The notes under the pieces were generated by a model. That model did no database searches. It was not told where the DNA came from and worked only from the letters and a program-made list of their open reading frames with translations. Shown here one piece after another: positions 24,185 to 36,345 of a DNA stretch of 64,000 nt. Numbering within the stretch: position 1 is the first letter of the stretch; every line of letters begins with the position of its first letter. The position numbers and the translations under genes are program-made. Source of the stretch: Phyllobates terribilis (lineage: Eukaryota). Location of the stretch: positions 11,718,001 to 11,782,000 of the forward strand of contig NW_027362766.1 of NCBI RefSeq assembly GCF_046119375.1, in the 5' to 3' direction.

Positions 24185-26950
24185 CATATGGCCCCATACA
24201 GACGCCCCCCCCCACACCCATTATACGTGTCCCCATACAAACAGCCACCCACCCCCACCCATTATACGTGTCCCAATAGACGGGGCCCTCCCCCCCACCC
24301 ATTATACGTGTCCCAATACAGACGGGGCCCCCCCCCCCCCCACCCATTATACGTGTCCCAATACAGACGGGGCCCCCCCCCCCACCCATTATACGTGTCC
24401 CAATACAGACGGGGCCCTCCCCCCCACCCATTATACGTGTCCCAATACAGACGGGGCCCTCCCCCCCACCCATTATACGTGTCCCAATACAGACGGGGCC
24501 CTCCCCCCCACCCATTATACGTGTCCCAATACAGACGGGGCCCTCCCCCCCACCCATTATACGTGTCCCAATACAGACGGGGCCCCCCCCCCACCCATTA
24601 TACGTGTCCCAATACAGACAGCCCCCCCCCACACCCATTATACGTGTCCCAATACAGACGGGGCCCCCCCACACCCATTATACCTAAACTATACACACAG
24701 ACACAAGCCCCTCCCCCCCACATACTATATATACCCACACTATACACGGCTCCCCACATACTATATATACNNNNNNNNNNNNNNNNNNNNNNNNNNNNNN
24801 NNNNNNNNNNNNNNNNNNNNNNNNNNNNNNNNNNNNNNNNNNNNNNNNNNNNNNNNNNNNNNNNNNNNNNNNNNNNNNNNNNNNNNNNNNNNNNNNNNNN
24901 NNNNNNNNNNNNNNNNNNNNNNNNNNNNNNNNNNNNNNNNNNNNNNNNNNNNNNNNNNNNNNNNNNNNNNNNNNNNNNNNNNNNNNNNNNNNNNNNNNNN
25001 NNNNNNNNNNNNNNNNNNNNNNNNNNNNNNNNNNNNNNNNNNNNNNCCCCCCGCACACATTGAGCCTGCACCGCACACAGCCCCCCGCACACATTGAGCC
25101 TGCACCGCACACAGCCCCCCGCACACATTGAGCCTGCACCGCACACATTGAGCCTGCACGTGCTCATACTATACACAGCCCCCCGCACGCATTGAGCCTG
25201 CACTATACACAGCCCCCTCATGTGCTCATACTATACACAGCCCCCGCACGCATTGAGCCTGCACTATACACAGCCCCCCGCACACAGCCCCCACACGCAT
25301 TGAGCCTGCACTATACACAGCCCCCCGCACACAGCCCCCTCATGTGCTCATACTATACACAACCCCCCGCACACATTCAATGAGAAGATTTCATTCATTC
25401 AGATCTAGGAGGGGGGATTTCAGGGCTCCCTGTATTTTTTATGAGCAGTGCATATGGCCCCATACAGACGCCCCCCCCCCCACACCCATTATACGTGTCC
25501 CCATATAAACAGCCGCCCCCCCCCCACCCATTATACGTGTCCCAATACAGACGGGGACCCCCCCCCCAACCATTATACGTGTCCCAATACAGACGGGCCC
25601 CCCCCCCCCCACACCCATTATACGTGTCCCAATACAGACGGGGACCCCCCCCCACCCATTATACGTGTCCCAATACAGACGGGGCCCCCCCCCACCCATT
25701 ATACGTGTCCCCATACAGACGCCCCCCCCCACCCATTATACTTGTCCCCATACAGACGCCCCCCCCCCCACACCCATTATACTTGTCCCCATACAGACGC
25801 CCCCCCCCCCACACCCATTATACTTGTCCCCATACAGACGCCCCCCCCCCACACCCATTATACTTGTCCCCATACAGACGCCCCCCCCCCCACACCCATT
25901 ATACTTGTCCCCATACAGACGCCCCCCCCCCACACCCATTATACTTGTCCCCATACAGACGCCCCCCCCCACACCCATTATACTTGTCCCCATACAGACG
26001 CCCCCCCCCCACACCCATTATACTTGTCCCCATACAGACGCCCCCCCCACACCCATTATACGTGTCCCCATACAGACAGCCCCCCCCCCACCCATTATAC
26101 GTGTCCCAATACAGACAGCCCCCCCCACCCATTATACGTGTCCCAATACAGACAGCCCCCCCCACCCATTATACGTGTCCCAATACAGACAGCCCCCCCC
26201 ACACCCATTATACGTGTCCCAATACAGACAGCCCCCCCCCACACCCATTATACGTGTCCCCATAGAAACAGATGGCCCCCCCACACCCATTATACATGTC
26301 CCAATACAGACGCCCCCCCCACCCATTATACGTGTCCCCATACAGCCAGCCCACCCCCCTCCACCCATTATACGTGTCCCCATACAAACAGCCGCCCCCC
26401 CACCCATTATACGTGTCCCCATACAGACGGGGCCCCCCCCCACCCATTATACGTGTCCCCATACAGACGGGGCCCCCCCCCACCCATTATACGTGTCCCA
26501 ATACAGACGGGGCCCCCCCCCACCCATTATACGTGTCCCAATACAGACGCCCCCCCCACACCCATTATACGTGTCCCCATACAGACGCCCCCCCCACACC
26601 CATTATACGTGTCCCCATACAGACGCCCCCCCCACACCCATTATACTTGTCCCCATACAGACGCCCCCCCCACCCATTATACGTGTCCCAATACAGCCCC
26701 CCCCACACCCATTATACGTGTCCCAATACAGACAGCCCCCCAACACCCATTATACGTGTCCCCATAGAAACAGATGGCCCCCCCCCACACCCATTATACA
26801 TGTCCCAATACAGACGCCCCCCCCACCCATTATACGTGTCCCCATACAGCCGGCCCACCCCCCTCCACCCATTATACGTGTCCCAATACAAACAGCCGCC
26901 CCCCCACCTATTATACGTGTCCCCATACAGACGGGCCCCCCCACACCCAT
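24185..26950. repeat. ~33-37-bp C-tract minisatellite (CACCCATTATACGTGTCCCAATACAGACG-Cn) in two blocks either side of a gap
   Basis: Blocks at ~24185-24680 and ~25452-26950, each followed by the same ~100-bp TATACAC-rich linker. Confidence 0.92.
24771..25046. other. Assembly gap (276 N)
   Basis: Run of N. Confidence 1.
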
Positions 26951-27072
26951 TATACCTAAACTATACACAGACACAAGCCCCTCCCCCCCACATACTATAT
27001 ATACCCACACTATACACGGCTCCCCACATACTATATATACAACTACACAGCCCCCCGCACACATTGAGCCTG

Positions 27073-30000
27073 CACTATACACAGCCCCCTCATGTGCTCG
27101 CACTATACACAGCCCCCTCATGTGCTCGCACTATACACAGCCCCCTCATGTGCTCGCACTATACACAGCCCCCTCATGTGCTCGCACTATACACAGCCCC
27201 CTCATGTGCTCGCACTATACACAGCCCCCTCATGTGCTCGCACTATACACAGCCCCCTCATGTGCTCGCACTATACACAGCCCCCTCATGTGCTCGCACT
27301 ATACACAGCCCCCTCATGTGCTCGCACTATACACAGCCCCCTCATGTGCTCGCACTATACACAGCCCCCTCATGTGCTCGCACTATACACAGCCCCCTCA
27401 TGTGCTCGCACTATACACAGCCCCCTCATGTGCTCGCACTATACACAGCCCCCTCATGTGCTCGCACTATACACAGCCCCCTCATGTGCTCGCACTATAC
27501 ACAGCCCCCTCATGTGCTCGCACTATACACAGCCCCCTCATGTGCTCGCACTATACACAGCCCCCTCATGTGCTCGCACTATACACAGCCCCCTCATGTG
27601 CTCGCACTATACACAGCCCCCTCATGTGCTCGCACTATACACAGCCCCCTCATGTGCTCGCACTATACACAGCCCCCTCATGTGCTCACACTATACACAG
27701 CCCCCTCATGTGCTCACACTATACACAGCCCCCTCATGTGCTCACACTATACACAGCCCCCTCATGTGCTCACACTATACACAGCCCCCTCATGTGCTCA
27801 CACTATACACAGCCCCCTCATGTGCTCACACTATACACAGCCCCCTCATGTGCTCACACTATACACAGCCCCCTCATGTGCTCACACTATACACAGCCCC
27901 CTCATGTGCTCACACTATACACAGCCCCCTCATGTGCTCACACTATACACAGCCCCCTCATGTGCTCACACTATACACAGCCCCCTCATGTGCTCACACT
28001 ATACACAGCCCCCTCATGTGCTCACACTATACACAGCCCCCTCATGTGCTCACACTATACACAGCCCCCTCATGTGCTCACACTATACACAGCCCCCTCA
28101 TGTGCTCACACTATACACAGCCCCCTCATGTGCTCACACTATACACAGCCCCCTCATGTGCTCACACTATACACAGCCCCCTCATGTGCTCACACTATAC
28201 ACAGCCCCCTCATGTGCTCACACTATACACAGCCCCCTCATGTGCTCACACTATACACAGCCCCCTCATGTGCTCACACTATACACAGCCCCCTCATGTG
28301 CTCACACTATACACAGCCCCCTCATGTGCTCACACTATACACAGCCCCCTCATGTGCTCACACTATACACAGCCCCCTCATGTGCTCACACTATACACAG
28401 CCCCCTCATGTGCTCACACTATACACAGCCCCCTCATGTGCTCACACTATACACAGCCCCCTCATGTGCTCACACTATACACAGCCCCCTCATGTGCTCA
28501 CACTATACACAGCCCCCTCATGTGCTCACACTATACACAGCCCCCTCATGTGCTCACACTATACACAGCCCCCTCATGTGCTCACACTATACACAGCCCC
28601 CTCATGTGCTCACACTATACACAGCCCCCTCATGTGCTCACACTATACACAGCCCCCTCATGTGCTCACACTATACACAGCCCCCTCATGTGCTCACACT
28701 ATACACAGCCCCCTCATGTGCTCACACTATACACAGCCCCCTCATGTGCTCACACTATACACAGCCCCCTCATGTGCTCACACTATACACAGCCCCCTCA
28801 TGTGCTCACACTATACACAGCCCCCTCATGTGCTCACACTATACACAGCCCCCTCATGTGCTCACACTATACACAGCCCCCTCATGTGCTCACACTATAC
28901 ACAGCCCCCTCATGTGCTCACACTATACACAGCCCCCTCATGTGCTCACACTATACACAGCCCCCTCATGTGCTCACACTATACACAGCCCCCTCATGTG
29001 CTCACACTATACACAGCCCCCTCATGTGCTCACACTATACACAGCCCCCTCATGTGCTCACACTATACACAGCCCCCTCATGTGCTCACACTATACACAG
29101 CCCCCTCATGTGCTCACACTATACACAGCCCCCTCATGTGCTCACACTATACACAGCCCCCTCATGTGCTCACACTATACACAGCCCCCTCATGTGCTCA
29201 CACTATACACAGCCCCCTCATGTGCTCACACTATACACAGCCCCCTCATGTGCTCACACTATACACAGCCCCCTCATGTGCTCACACTATACACAGCCCC
29301 CTCATGTGCTCACACTATACACAGCCCCCTCATGTGCTCACACTATACACAGCCCCCTCATGTGCTCACACTATACACAGCCCCCTCATGTGCTCACACT
29401 ATACACAGCCCCCTCATGTGCTCACACTATACACAGCCCCCTCATGTGCTCACACTATACACAGCCCCCTCATGTGCTCACACTATACACAGCCCCCTCA
29501 TGTGCTCACACTATACACAGCCCCCTCATGTGCTCACACTATACACAGCCCCCTCATGTGCTCACACTATACACAGCCCCCTCATGTGCTCACACTATAC
29601 ACAGCCCCCTCATGTGCTCACACTATACACAGCCCCCTCATGTGCTCACACTATACACAGCCCCCTCATGTGCTCACACTATACACAGCCCCCTCATGTG
29701 CTCACACTATACACAGCCCCCTCATGTGCTCACACTATACACAGCCCCCTCATGTGCTCACACTATACACAGCCCCCTCATGTGCTCACACTATACACAG
29801 CCCCCTCATGTGCTCACACTATACACAGCCCCCTCATGTGCTCACACTATACACAGCCCCCTCATGTGCTCACACTATACACAGCCCCCTCATGTGCTCA
29901 CACTATACACAGCCCCCTCATGTGCTCACACTATACACAGCCCCCTCATGTGCTCACACTATACACAGCCCCCTCATGTGCTCACACTATACACAGCCCC

Positions 30001-31060
30001 CTCATGTGCTCACACTATACACAGCCCCCTCATGTGCTCACACTATACACAGCCCCCTCATGTGCTCACACTATACACAGCCCCCTCATGTGCTCACACT
30101 ATACACAGCCCCCTCATGTGCTCACACTATACACAGCCCCCTCATGTGCTCACACTATACACAGCCCCCTCATGTGCTCACACTATACACAGCCCCCTCA
30201 TGTGCTCACACTATACACAGCCCCCTCATGTGCTCACACTATACACAGCCCCCTCATGTGCTCACACTATACACAGCCCCCTCATGTGCTCACACTATAC
30301 ACAGCCCCCTCATGTGCTCACACTATACACAGCCCCCTCATGTGCTCACACTATACACAGCCCCCTCATGTGCTCACACTATACACAGCCCCCTCATGTG
30401 CTCACACTATACACAGCCCCCTCATGTGCTCACACTATACACAGCCCCCTCATGTGCTCACACTATACACAGCCCCCTCATGTGCTCACACTATACACAG
30501 CCCCCTCATGTGCTCACACTATACACAGCCCCCTCATGTGCTCACACTATACACAGCCCCCTCATGTGCTCACACTATACACAGCCCCCTCATGTGCTCA
30601 CACTATACACAGCCCCCTCACACATTGAGCCTGCACTATACACAGCCCCCCACACACAGCCCCCTCATGTGCTCATACTATACACAGCCCCCCGCACACA
30701 GCCCCCTCATGTGCTCACACTATACACAGCCCCCCGCACACAGCCCCCTCATGTGCACACACTATACACAGCCCCCGCACACATTGAGCCTGCACTATAC
30801 ACAGCCCCCCGCACACAGCCCCCTCATGTGCTCACACTATACACAGCCCCCCGCACACAGCCCCCTCATGTGCTCACACTATACACAGCCCCCTCATGTG
30901 CTCACACTATACACAGCCCCCTCATGTGCTCACACTATACACAGCCCCCTCATGTGCTCACACTATACACAGCCCCCTCATGTGCTCACACTATACACAG
31001 CCCCCCGCACACAGCCCCCTCATGTGCTCACACTATACACAGCCCCCCGCACACAGCCCC
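27073..31060. repeat. 28-bp satellite (CACTATACACAGCCCCCTCATGTGCTCA), ~126 pure units plus a degenerate end
   Basis: Perfect periodicity 27073-30600; there is no stop codon on the + strand, hence the 1178-1975 aa artefact ORFs. Confidence 0.98.
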
Positions 31061-31199
31061 CCGCACTGCCTCCTCGGGTAGCAGCCGGCGGTCAGCGGCT
31101 CAGCCTCTCACCTGGCGTCCAGTGACCCCCGCGGCGGCCTGTCCTGTGTGCCCGGATGTGCTGCAGGGGGAGCGGCTTCTACACTGCGCCCCAACTCAC

Positions 31200-31262
31200 C
31201 CCAAAGGTACGAGCGATACAAAATGGAGTCACTGGAAGCCTCAGCTCCAAAATGGAAGCGTT
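31200..31262 (-). other. chtop: Probable CHTOP non-coding exon 1 (TSS approximate)
   Basis: GGG|GTGAGT donor at 31199 (alternative CAG|GTGAGA at 31111), next to a CpG promoter; vertebrate CHTOP has a non-coding first exon. Confidence 0.7.
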
Positions 31263-31420
31263 GTTAAAGCACGCCGCCCTCTGACGTCATCTCGCCAACA
31301 AGACCCCGCCCAACCTTCCTATAAAACTTACTGCGCACGCCCTGTGGAAACCATGGAGACCTGCAGCTGCCATAGCCAAAGAGGTGCGCGAGGAAAGTGT
31401 GGCGCCGCCATCTTGTGGTT
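31215..31420 (-). promoter_or_regulatory. CHTOP CpG promoter
   Basis: YY1-like CAAAATGG at 31219 and 31248; CRE TGACGTCA 31282-31289; GC box CCCCGCCC 31304-31311; YY1-like GCCGCCATCTTG 31404-31415. Confidence 0.75.
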
Positions 31421-31700
31421 GGCAGATTCACTTGTGGCTCCCAATACACATCCACTCACTATTTTACACTGTTGGGGGCTTTCACATAGTGGTCTGTGTC
31501 AGGACTGCGCGTCTGAGTGTCCGGCGGCGTACAATCCCGAAAAACTGCGCTCTACCGTCACCATTGCGGTCTATGGCCCTGTCAGAGCATAGTCCAGACC
31601 CCATTTTGCGGGGAATTTTAGGAGGACACAGACCACAATGTGATAGCACATGGTCTATGTCACAATGGTCGTCACATCAACGTATACACAATCTCATTAA

Positions 31701-34465
31701 GGCTATGTGCACACGATGCAGAAATGATCCAGATTTTTCCTGAGCGTTTCTGCATCTCCCTGGCAGAAAAAACGCATGCGGATTGTACACGCGGATCATG
31801 CACGCGGATCATACACGCGGATCCTACATGCGGATCGTACACGCGGATTGTACATGGGGATTGTGCACGCGGATTGTACATGGGGATTGTGCACGGGGAT
31901 TGTGCATGCGGATTGTACATGGGGATTGTGCATGCCGATTGTACATGCTGATTGTACATGCCGATTGTGCATGCCGATTGTACACGCGGATTGTGCATGC
32001 CGATTGTACATGCCGATTGTACATGTGGATTGTACATGCCGATTGCTCATGCCGATTACACATGCTGATTGTACACGCGGATCGTACACGCGGATCCTGC
32101 ATGCAGATCGTGCACGCGGATTGTACATGCCGATTGTACATGCTGATTGTACATGCGGATTGTGCATGCCGATTGTACACGCGGATCGTACACGCGAATC
32201 GTGCATGCCGATTGTACATGCGGATTGTGCATGCCGATTGTACATGCCTATTGTACATGCCGATTGTGCATGCGGATTGTGCATGCCGATTGTACATGCC
32301 GATTGTACATGCTGATTGTACATGCGGATTGTGCATGCCGATTGTACATGCCTATTGTACATGCCGATTGCTCATGCCGATTACACATGCTGATCGTGCA
32401 CGCGGATCGTGCACGCGGATTGTACATGCTGATTGTACATGCGGATTGTACACGCGGATCGTGCACGCGGATTGTACATGCGGATTGTACACGCGGATCC
32501 TGCATGCGGATTGTACACGCGGATCGTGCACGCGAATTGTACATGCTGATTGTACACGCGGATCCTGCATGCGGATCGTGCACGCGGATTGTACATGCTG
32601 ATTGTACACGCGGATCGTACACGCGGATCCTGCATGCGGATCGTACACGCGGATTGTACATGCGGATTGTACATGGGGATTGTGCATGCCGATTGTACAT
32701 GCGGATTGTGCATGCCGATTGTACACGCGGATCGTGCACGCGGATTGTGCATGCCGATTGTACATGCGGATTGTGCATGCCGATTGTACATGCCGATTGC
32801 TCATGCCGATTACACATGCTGATTGTACACGCGGATCGTGCACGCGGATCCTGCATGCGGATCGTACACGCGGATCGTGCACGCAGATTGTACATGCGGA
32901 TTGAACATGCTGATTGTACATGGGGATTGTGCATGCCGATTGTGCATGCCGATTGTACATGCTGATTGTACATGCCGATTGTGCATGCCGATTGTACACG
33001 CGGATTGTGCATGCCGATTGTACATGTGGATTGTACATGCCGATTGCTCATGCCGATTACACATGCTGATTGTACACGCGGATCGTACACGCGGATCCTG
33101 CATGCAGATCGTGCACGCGGATTGTACATGCCGATTGTACATGCTGATTGTACATGCGGATTGTGCATGCCGATTGTACACGCGGATCGTACACGCGAAT
33201 CGTGCATGCCGATTGTACATGCGGATTGTGCATGCCGATTGTACATGCCTATTGTACATGCTGATTGTACATGCCGATTGTGCATGCGGATTGTGCATGC
33301 CGATTGTACATGCCGATTGTACATGCTGATTGTACATGCGGATTGTGCATGCCGATTGTACATGCCTATTGTACATGCCGATTGCTCATGCCGATTACAC
33401 ATGCTGATCGTGCACGCGGATCGTGCACGCGGATCGTGCACGCGGATTGTACATGCTGATTGTACATGCGGATTGTACACGCGGATCGTGCACGCGGATT
33501 GTACATGCGGATTGTACACGCGGATCCTGCATGCGGATTGTACACGCGGATCGTGCACGCGAATTGTACATGCTGATTGTACACGCGGATCCTGCATGCG
33601 GATCGTGCACGCGGATTGTACATGCTGATTGTACACGCGGATCGTACACGCGGATCCTGCATGCGGATCGTACACGCGGATTGTACATGCGGATTGTACA
33701 TGGGGATTGTGCATGCCGATTGTACATGCGGATTGTGCATGCCGATTGTACACGCGGATCGTGCACGCGGATTGTGCATGCCGATTGTACATGCGGATTG
33801 TGCATGCCGATTGTACATGCCGATTGCTCATGCCGATTACACATGCTGATTGTACACGCGGATCGTGCACGCGGATCCTGCATGCGGATCGTACACGCGG
33901 ATCGTGCACGCAGATTGTACATGCGGATTGAACATGCTGATTGTACATGGGGATTGTGCATGCCGATTGTGCATGCCGATTGTACATGCCGATTGTACAT
34001 GCGGATTGTGCATGCCGATTGTACACGCCGATTGTACATGCGGATTGTGCATGCCGATTGTACATGCCGATTGTACACGCGGATCGTGCACGCGGATCGT
34101 ACACGCGGATCCTGCATGCGGATCGTACACGCGGATTGTACATGCTGATTGTATATGGGGATTGTACATGCCGATTGTACACGCGGATCGTACACGCGGA
34201 TCGTGCACGCCGATTGTACATGCGGATTGTGGATGCGGATTGTGCATGCTGATTGTACATGCGGATTGTGCATGCCGATTGTACATGCCGATTGTACACG
34301 CCGATTGTACATGCGGATTGTGCATGCCGATTGTACATGCTGATTGTACATGCGGATTGTGCATGCCGATTGTACATGCCCATTGTACATGCTGATTGTA
34401 CATGCCGATTGCTCATGCCGATTGCACATGCTGATTGCACATGCGGATTGTACATGCCGATTGTA
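31701..34465 (+). mobile_element. TTAA-flanked MITE end carrying a ~2.7-kb 13/14-bp satellite (ATGCGGATTGTAC family)
   Basis: TTAA|GGCTATGTGCACACGATGCAGAAATG..., then the satellite from ~31785 until it is cut by the Tc1 at 34466. Confidence 0.85.
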
Positions 34466-36345
34466 CAGTACAGACCAAAAGTTTGGACACACCTTCTCAT
34501 TTAAAGATTTTTCCCTATTTTCATAATTATGAAAATTGTACATTCACACTGAAGGCATCAAAACTATGAATTACCACATGTGGAATTATATACTTAACAA
34601 AAAAGTGTGAAACAACTGAAAATATGTCTTATATTCTAGGTTCTTCAAAGTAGCCACCTTTTGCTTTGATGACTGCTTTGCACACTCTTGGCATTCTCTT
34701 GATGAGCTTCAAGAGGTCGTCACCGGAAATGGTCTTCACTTCACAGGTGTGTCCTGTCAGGTTTAATAAGTGGGATTTCTTGCCTTATAAATGGAGTTGG
34801 GACCATCAGTTGTGTTGTGCAGAAGTCAGGTGGATACACAGCTGATAGTCCTACTGAATAGACTGTTAGAATTTGTATTATGGCAAGAAAAAAACAGCTA
34901 AGTAACGAAAAACGCGTGGCCATCATTACTTTAAGAAATGAAGGTCAGTCAGTCCGAAAAATTGGGAAAACTTTGAAAGTCTCCCCAAGTGCAGTTGCAA
35001 AAACCATCAAGCGCTACAAAGAAACTGGCTCACATGAGGATCACCCCAGGAAAGGAAGACCAAGAGTCACCTCTGCTTCTGAGGATAAGTTTATCCGAGT
35101 CACCAGCCTCAGAAATCGCAGGTTAACAGCAGCTCAGATTAGAGACCAGGTCAATGCCATACAGAGTTCTAGCAGCAGACACATCTCTACAACAACTGTT
35201 AAGAGGAGACTTTGTGCAGCAGGCCTTCATGGTAAAATATCTGCTAGGAAACCACTGCTAAGGACAGGCAACAAGCAGAAGAGACTTGTTTGGGCTAAAG
35301 AACACAAGGAATGGACATTAGACCAGTGGAAATCTGTGCTTTGGTCTGATGAGTCCAAATTTGAGATCTTTGGTTCCAACCACCGTGTCTTTGTGCGACG
35401 CAGAAAAGGTGAACGGATGGACTCTACATGCCTGGTTCCCACCGTGAAGCATGGAGGAGGAGGTGTGATGGTGTGGGGGGGCTTTGCTGGTGACACTGTT
35501 GGGGATCTATTCAAAATTGAAGGCATACTGAACCAGCATGGCTACCACAGCATCTTGCAGCGGCATGCTATTCCATCCGGTTTGCGTTTAGTTGGACCAT
35601 CATTTATTTTTCAACAGGACAATGACCCCAAACACCTCCAGGCTGTGTAAGGGCTATTTGACCAAGAAGGAGAGTGATGGGGGGCTATGCCAGATGACCT
35701 GGCCTCCACAGTCACCAGACCTGAACCCAATCGAGATGGTTTGGGGTGAGCTGGACCGCAGAGTGAAGGCAAAAGGGCCAACAAGTGCTAAGCATCTCTG
35801 GGAACTCCTTCAAGATTGTTGGAAGACCATTTCCGGTGACTACCTCTTGAAGCTCATCAAGAGAATGCCAAGAGTGTGCAAAGCCGTCATCAAAGCAAAA
35901 GGTGGCTACTTTGAAGAACCTAGAATATAAGACATATTTTCAGTTGTTTCACACTTTTTTGGTAAGTATATAATTCCACATGTGGTAATTCATAGTTTTG
36001 ATGCCTTCAGTGTGAATGTACAATTTTCATAGTCAGGAAAATACAGAAAATTCTTTTTTTTTTTTTAAATCAAATAAATTTTTATTAAACATACAATAGT
36101 TTCAAAAGCATTACATTTTTAAAGGGCATTTAAAGAACACAAACCTCCCTGTAAACCAGTCCCCTCTCACCCCTGTCCGACAGCATCCTCTCCCCTATGT
36201 TGTATCATGAAGAAAAAAAAAAAGGGCAAAAAGAAACCCCAAGACAATAAAGAGATCTTCTATTATTCACTTATGGTAGAAAACCAAAGGTATATTGCCC
36301 AAATGTCAGTTTATACTGTCTTATTCAAGTTTGAACTCAGTACTC

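Noticed and set aside
25441-31592. 1178-1975 aa ORFs (HTIHSPLMCSHYTQPP... repeats)
   Set aside because: They are translations of a 28-bp satellite that lacks + strand stops. All three frames give the same peptide, they are antisense within CHTOP intron 1, and there is no codon-level signal.
31672-34543. Cys/His-rich ORFs (IVHADCTC...) resembling metal-binding proteins; the same applies to 62037-63314
   Set aside because: Translations of the 13/14-bp MITE satellite on both strands.
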